DNA of 32,838 nt from sequence record DRR378314_1546; one strand, given 5' to 3'. Below are positions 26,216 to 32,838 of the stretch, one piece after another. A model generated the notes under the pieces. The model saw nothing but the letters and a program-made list of their open reading frames with translations, was not told where the DNA came from and did no database searches. How positions within the stretch are numbered: the first letter of the stretch is position 1; each line of letters opens with the position of its first letter. Made by a program: the position numbers and the translations under genes.

Positions 26216-27295
26216 ATGGATGCCCAACTCAAACGGCTGGTGCTGTGCGCCGCCTTTTCACCCTACTCGGCCCTCCTCGGCCGGATATTGCGTGAACACG
26301 CCCCCGACGATACCCCGCTGGACCGCTTCCGGTCCTGGCTGCCCAATAAAAACCGCTTGCCGGATCGGCGGCTGCGGCACCCGGAGGACCTGCACGGCCC
26401 TCTGACGGCCCTGTCGGGGCTCGGCTGGCGCTGGCTGGCCCTGGGTGACGACGACTACCCGCCGCTGCTGGCGGACCTGCCGGACGCGCCGGGGGTGCTG
26501 GCGGTACGCGGTGACCCGGCGGTGCTCGCCGGCCCGCAGCTGGCCATGGTGGGCGCCCGCGCGGCCTCCGCCGACGGCACCGACAACGCCTTCCGCTTTG
26601 CCCGCTCGCTGGCCGCCGCCGGCTTCGCCATCACCAGTGGCCTGGCGCTGGGCGTGGACGCCGCCGCCCACCGGGGCGCCCTGGCCGCCGGTGGCACCAC
26701 CGTGGCGGTGCTCGGCAACGGCCCGGACCGGATCTACCCGCCCCACCACCGCAAGCTGGCGCAGCAGATCATCGAAGGGGGCGGTGTTCTGGTCACCGAG
26801 TTCGCCCCCGGCAGCCAGCCGCGCAGGGAGTACTTTCCGGCGCGTAACCGGATTATCAGCGGCCTCAGCTTCGGCACCATCGTGGTGGAAGCGGCGCTGC
26901 GCAGCGGCTCGCTGATCACCGCCCGCACCGCCGCCGAGCAGGGCCGCGAGGTGTTCGCCATTCCCGGCTCGCTGCACAACCCGCTCAGCAAGGGCTGCCA
27001 CCGGCTGCTGCGCGACGGCGCCAACTGGCTGGAGAGCGTCGACGATGTGCTGCACGCCTTCGGCGACTTCCGCCGCACCCTGGAGGACAGCCCGGCGCTG
27101 TCGGCGGCCCGCCGCCCGGACGACACCCAGGGTCTGCTGGCGCACTTCACCACCGGCATCAACGGCCTGGACGATCTCGCCAGCCGCAGCGGCCTGCCGA
27201 TGACCGAACTGGCGGAACAGCTCGCCGACCTGGAGCTGGAAGGCAGGATCAAGCGGGTCGCCGGCGGCTACAGCCGCCATCGCGGGCTTGCCTGA
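26216..27295 (+). CDS. dprA: DNA-processing protein DprA (Smf)
   Basis: [73 protein letters not shown]. Confidence 0.95.
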   Translation: MDAQLKRLVLCAAFSPYSALLGRILREHAPDDTPLDRFRSWLPNKNRLPDRRLRHPEDLHGPLTALSGLGWRWLALGDDDYPPLLADLPDAPGVLAVRGDPAVLAGPQLAMVGARAASADGTDNAFRFARSLAAAGFAITSGLALGVDAAAHRGALAAGGTTVAVLGNGPDRIYPPHHRKLAQQIIEGGGVLVTEFAPGSQPRREYFPARNRIISGLSFGTIVVEAALRSGSLITARTAAEQGREVFAIPGSLHNPLSKGCHRLLRDGANWLESVDDVLHAFGDFRRTLEDSPALSAARRPDDTQGLLAHFTTGINGLDDLASRSGLPMTELAEQLADLELEGRIKRVAGGYSRHRGLA

Positions 27296-27345
27296 CCGTC
27301 CGGGCTTGGGTACCTTCGCGGCCAGTAACCACACGAGGAACGGTG

Positions 27346-29637
<2,292 letters not shown>

Positions 29638-29771
29638 GTGACCCCACGCGCCATTTTACAAACTTTGTCGCGTTGCGGCTGGCGGTGCTGGCCGAAACCC
29701 GCTGAAATATTCGCCAATTGCCGCCCCTGCCTGGGCTGGCCTTTTTGTCTTTTATGCGCTGAGGAAAACTC

Positions 29772-30758
29772 ATGTTTTTGCCACGCTTGGTGGTATTGCT
29801 TGCCGCGAGTCTTGTCTGTGGTCTGGTTCAGGCCAACACCTTCGGTTTTTCCTGGGATAACGACGCTTTCCTGGGCCAGGACAAAAACTACACCAACGGC
29901 GTCCGTTTCAGCTGGGTCGGTGACGGTCAGTCGGATTGCCAGGCCAACGGCGGCCTGACCTGTGGCGTGGCCCGGGCGCTGGACCCGCTGCCGGGGGTGT
30001 CGGCCTCCGATGAGCGGCACGCGCTCACCGTCAGCCTGCAGCAGATCATGATCACGCCGTCCGACATCAAACGGACGACGCCGGATTACAACGACCTGCC
30101 CTATGTGGGTTATTCCAACCTGGAACTGGGTCTGTTCAGCTGGGACAAGAAGAACCTGTTCGGCTACGGCGTGCGCGCCGGCATCGTCGGGCCGGATTCC
30201 GGTGCCGAGCAGTCGCAGAAGTTCGTGCATAAAGTGGTCGGCGCCAACGAGCCCCAGGGCTGGGACGACCAGCTCGGTCACGACGGCATCGGCGGCGTTT
30301 ATTTCCTGCATGCGCACCGTCTGTTCCGCACCACCAACGACGCCGGCTACCAGACCGAACTGGGCGCCGCCTGGGGCATCGACGCCAACAACTTCGACGG
30401 CGGCGCCCAGGTCGGCGGCTTTATCCGCTTCGGCCGCAACCTGCCCGGCAACTTCATTCCCGACTACGCCGGCCTCGGCACCGCCGGCTCGCTGGTGGGC
30501 CTGTTCGATAACCCGGGGTTCGGCTGGGAAGTGTTCTTCGGTTTGAGCGGTCAGTACGTGGGCTATTCCTACCTGGAAGAGAACGCCGGCCGCTATAACA
30601 TCGAGGCCCGCGACGCCGTCGGCGCGGTGATCACCGGCTTCGGGGTGCGCTCCGGCGAGTTCAGCTTCACCATGACGGTGCAGACCTCCACCTCGCCGGT
30701 GCGGGATAACAACGACCCACTGAGCTTCGGCAACATGTCCTTTATGTGGGCCATCTAA
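29772..30758 (+). CDS. LpxR/DUF2219 family outer-membrane protein (lipid A 3'-O-deacylase-like)
   Basis: Signal peptide; WDNDAFLGQDKNYTNGVRFSW, QIMITPSDI, DLPYVGY, GIVGPDSGAEQSQKFVH...GWDDQL motifs typical of the LpxR family. Confidence 0.8.
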   Translation: MFLPRLVVLLAASLVCGLVQANTFGFSWDNDAFLGQDKNYTNGVRFSWVGDGQSDCQANGGLTCGVARALDPLPGVSASDERHALTVSLQQIMITPSDIKRTTPDYNDLPYVGYSNLELGLFSWDKKNLFGYGVRAGIVGPDSGAEQSQKFVHKVVGANEPQGWDDQLGHDGIGGVYFLHAHRLFRTTNDAGYQTELGAAWGIDANNFDGGAQVGGFIRFGRNLPGNFIPDYAGLGTAGSLVGLFDNPGFGWEVFFGLSGQYVGYSYLEENAGRYNIEARDAVGAVITGFGVRSGEFSFTMTVQTSTSPVRDNNDPLSFGNMSFMWAI

Positions 30759-31288
30759 GCCTCGTCCAGGTACTGGTCCTTCAGCTTCACATAGTTGCCG
30801 GCCACATAGGGCAGGAACTCGATTTCCTTGGCGGTGAGCTCGCGCACGGCCCGTGCCGGCCGGCCCCGGTACAGCCAGCCGGAGGCCAGCCGTTTGCCGG
30901 GGCTCACCAGGCTGCCGGCGGCCAGCATCACGTCACTTTCCACCACCGCGCCGTCCATGATCATGGTCTGCATGCCGATCATCACCCGGTCACCGATGGT
31001 GCAGCCGTGCAGCATCGCCTGATGGCCCACGGTGACGTCGTCGCCCAGGGTCAGCGGGAAGCCGCCGGGGTTGAAGGCGGAGTCGTGGGTGATGTGCAGC
31101 ACGGCGTTATCCTGCACACTGGTACGGGCGCCGATAACGATGCGGTGCATGTCGCCGCGCACCACGGCGCCGGGCCACACGGAGCTGTCGTCGCCGAGGG
31201 TCACCTCGCCGATCACGGTGGAGGCCGGGTCGACGAAAACCCGTTCACCCTGGCGTGGCACCTTGTTCTGGAAGCTTCGAATCCCCAT
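30755..31288 (-). CDS. Gamma carbonic anhydrase family protein (YrdA-like)
   Basis: Hexapeptide repeats; VVRGD, SVQDNAVLH, VTVGHQAMLHGC metal ligands. Start MGIRS at 31288. Confidence 0.92.
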   Translation of the reverse strand: MGIRSFQNKVPRQGERVFVDPASTVIGEVTLGDDSSVWPGAVVRGDMHRIVIGARTSVQDNAVLHITHDSAFNPGGFPLTLGDDVTVGHQAMLHGCTIGDRVMIGMQTMIMDGAVVESDVMLAAGSLVSPGKRLASGWLYRGRPARAVRELTAKEIEFLPYVAGNYVKLKDQYLDEA

Positions 31289-31338
31289 TTCACACCCATT
31301 CATCAAGACGAATCAGACCCGTTATAACGAGAGGCACC

Positions 31339-32838
31339 ATGAGTCACAACCCGCTGATTGATTACCCGGACCTGCCGCCCTTCTCCGAAATCCGCCCGGA
31401 GCACGTGAAACCGGCGGTGGAACAGTTGGTGGAAGCGGGCCGCGAGCGCATCCGCAAGGTGCTGGCCGACGGTGACTTCAGCTACCGGGCTCTGGAATTG
31501 ACCCTGGCTGAGGAAGACGAGCGCCTGGAAAAGGCCTTCGGCCCGGTGGGGCATCTGAATGCCGTGGCCCAGGATGAAGCGCTGCGCGAAGCGTACAACG
31601 CCTGCCTGCCGCTGATCAGCGAGTACAGCACCGAAGTGGGCCAGAACAGCGAGCTGTTCGCCGCCTACCAGGCGCTGCGCGACAGCGACGAATTCAAAAC
31701 CCTGACACCGGCCCAGCAGAAAGACATCGACAACACGCTGCGTGATTTCCGCCTCTCCGGCGTGGCCCTGCCCGAAGCGCAGAAGGCGCAATACATGGAG
31801 AACGCCAAGCGGCTGTCGGAGTTGACCACCCGCTTCGAGAACAACCTGCTGGACGCCACCCAGGCCTGGAAGAAGCACGTTACCGATGAAGCGGAACTGG
31901 CCGGGCTGCCGGATACCGCCCTGGCCGGCGCCGCCGACCGCGCCCGCGCCGAGGGCCTGGAACAGGGCTGGCTGCTGACCCTCGACTTCCCGGTGTTCTT
32001 CGCGGTGATGAGCCACGCCGAGAACCGCGCCCTGCGTGAAGAGATGTACCGGGCCTTCACCACCCGCGCTTCCGACCAGGGCCCGCAGGCCGATGAATAC
32101 GACAACGGCGCGGTGATGGACGAGATCCTCAAGCTGCGCCACGAGCAGGCCAACCTGCTCGGTTTCGCCAACTACGCGGATAAATCCCTGGCCACCAAGA
32201 TGGCCCGCGACGTGGAGGAAGTGATCGGCTTCCTCGACGACCTGGCCCGCCGCGCCAAACCCCAGGCGGAACGGGAAGTGGCGGCCTTGAAGGCGTTCGC
32301 CGCCGAGCAGGGCGCCGACGACCTGCAGCCCTGGGACCTGGGCTACTGGAGCGAGCGCCTGCGCGAGGCCCGCTACGATCTTTCCGACGAAGCGCTGCGC
32401 CCCTGGTTCCCGGCGGAGAAAGTGATCGACGGCATGTTCCAGGTGGTCGGCAAGCTGTTCGGCATTCGTTTCCGCCAGCGTGACGACGTGGACACCTGGC
32501 ACCCGGACGTGCGCTTCTTTGAACTGGTGGACGACGACGGCAGCGTGCGCGCCGCTTTCTACCTCGACATGTACGCACGCAACGGCAAGCGCGGCGGGGC
32601 CTGGATGGACGACGCCCGGGTGCGCCGCCGCCGTCTGGACGGCGAACTGCAGACCCCGGTCGCCTACCTGACCTGCAACTTCGCGCCGCCGGCCGGCGGC
32701 AAGCCCGGCCTGCTCACCCACGACGAAGTGGTCACCCTGTTCCACGAGTTCGGCCATGGGCTGCACCACATGCTCACCGAGCAGGAAGTGGCCGGCATCT
32801 CCGGTATTAACGGCGTGGCCTGGGACGCGGTGGAGCTG
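31339..32838 (+). CDS. prlC: Oligopeptidase A (M3 peptidase), 5' part; runs off window end
   Basis: Not in ORF track. Manual translation MSHNPLIDYPDLPPFSEIRPEHVKPAVEQL...FYLDMYARNGKRGGAWMD...PVAYLTCNF...LFHEFGHGLHHMLT...GVAWDAVEL with the HExxH motif; GAGAGG RBS. Confidence 0.95.
   Translation, partial: MSHNPLIDYPDLPPFSEIRPEHVKPAVEQLVEAGRERIRKVLADGDFSYRALELTLAEEDERLEKAFGPVGHLNAVAQDEALREAYNACLPLISEYSTEVGQNSELFAAYQALRDSDEFKTLTPAQQKDIDNTLRDFRLSGVALPEAQKAQYMENAKRLSELTTRFENNLLDATQAWKKHVTDEAELAGLPDTALAGAADRARAEGLEQGWLLTLDFPVFFAVMSHAENRALREEMYRAFTTRASDQGPQADEYDNGAVMDEILKLRHEQANLLGFANYADKSLATKMARDVEEVIGFLDDLARRAKPQAEREVAALKAFAAEQGADDLQPWDLGYWSERLREARYDLSDEALRPWFPAEKVIDGMFQVVGKLFGIRFRQRDDVDTWHPDVRFFELVDDDGSVRAAFYLDMYARNGKRGGAWMDDARVRRRRLDGELQTPVAYLTCNFAPPAGGKPGLLTHDEVVTLFHEFGHGLHHMLTEQEVAGISGINGVAWDAVEL

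Noticed and set aside
31261-31290. Sigma32-like promoter for prlC (CTTGTT-N15-CCCCATTT)
   Set aside because: The -35 is a poor match, CCCCAT is simply the reverse complement of the yrdA-like start (ATG GGG), and a TATAAC -10 at 31323 is an alternative.

Overview
High-GC gammaproteobacterial chromosome segment. A divergent gntR-alkB2 pair indicates a marine hydrocarbon degrader of the Alcanivorax/Alloalcanivorax type (inference). The left end is the conserved pilT / yggS-proC-yggT block. The right half is the conserved trkH-trkA-rsmB-fmt-def / tsaP(LysM)-dprA-tsaC-hemF-aroE ... yrdA / prlC block, with an LpxR-like outer-membrane gene between aroE and yrdA. Between them (about 2.76-19.3 kb) lies a lipid, acyl-CoA and alkane catabolic neighbourhood: SDR, two thioesterases, HMG-CoA lyase, lipase-like hydrolase, a ~1000-aa Ig-like lipoprotein, OsmC, acyl-CoA dehydrogenase, TetR, GntR, AlkB2, crotonase and amidohydrolase. 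A ~2.6-kb low-GC insert (about 11640-14237) interrupts it. The insert has three co-oriented orphan ORFs, one a HEPN-like protein with two C-terminal zinc ribbons, and is the best candidate for an undescribed (possibly anti-phage) system. Several regulatory sites can be read directly from the DNA. No rRNA, tRNA, CRISPR array, integrase or transposase was seen. All family assignments come from recognising motifs by eye; no searches were run.
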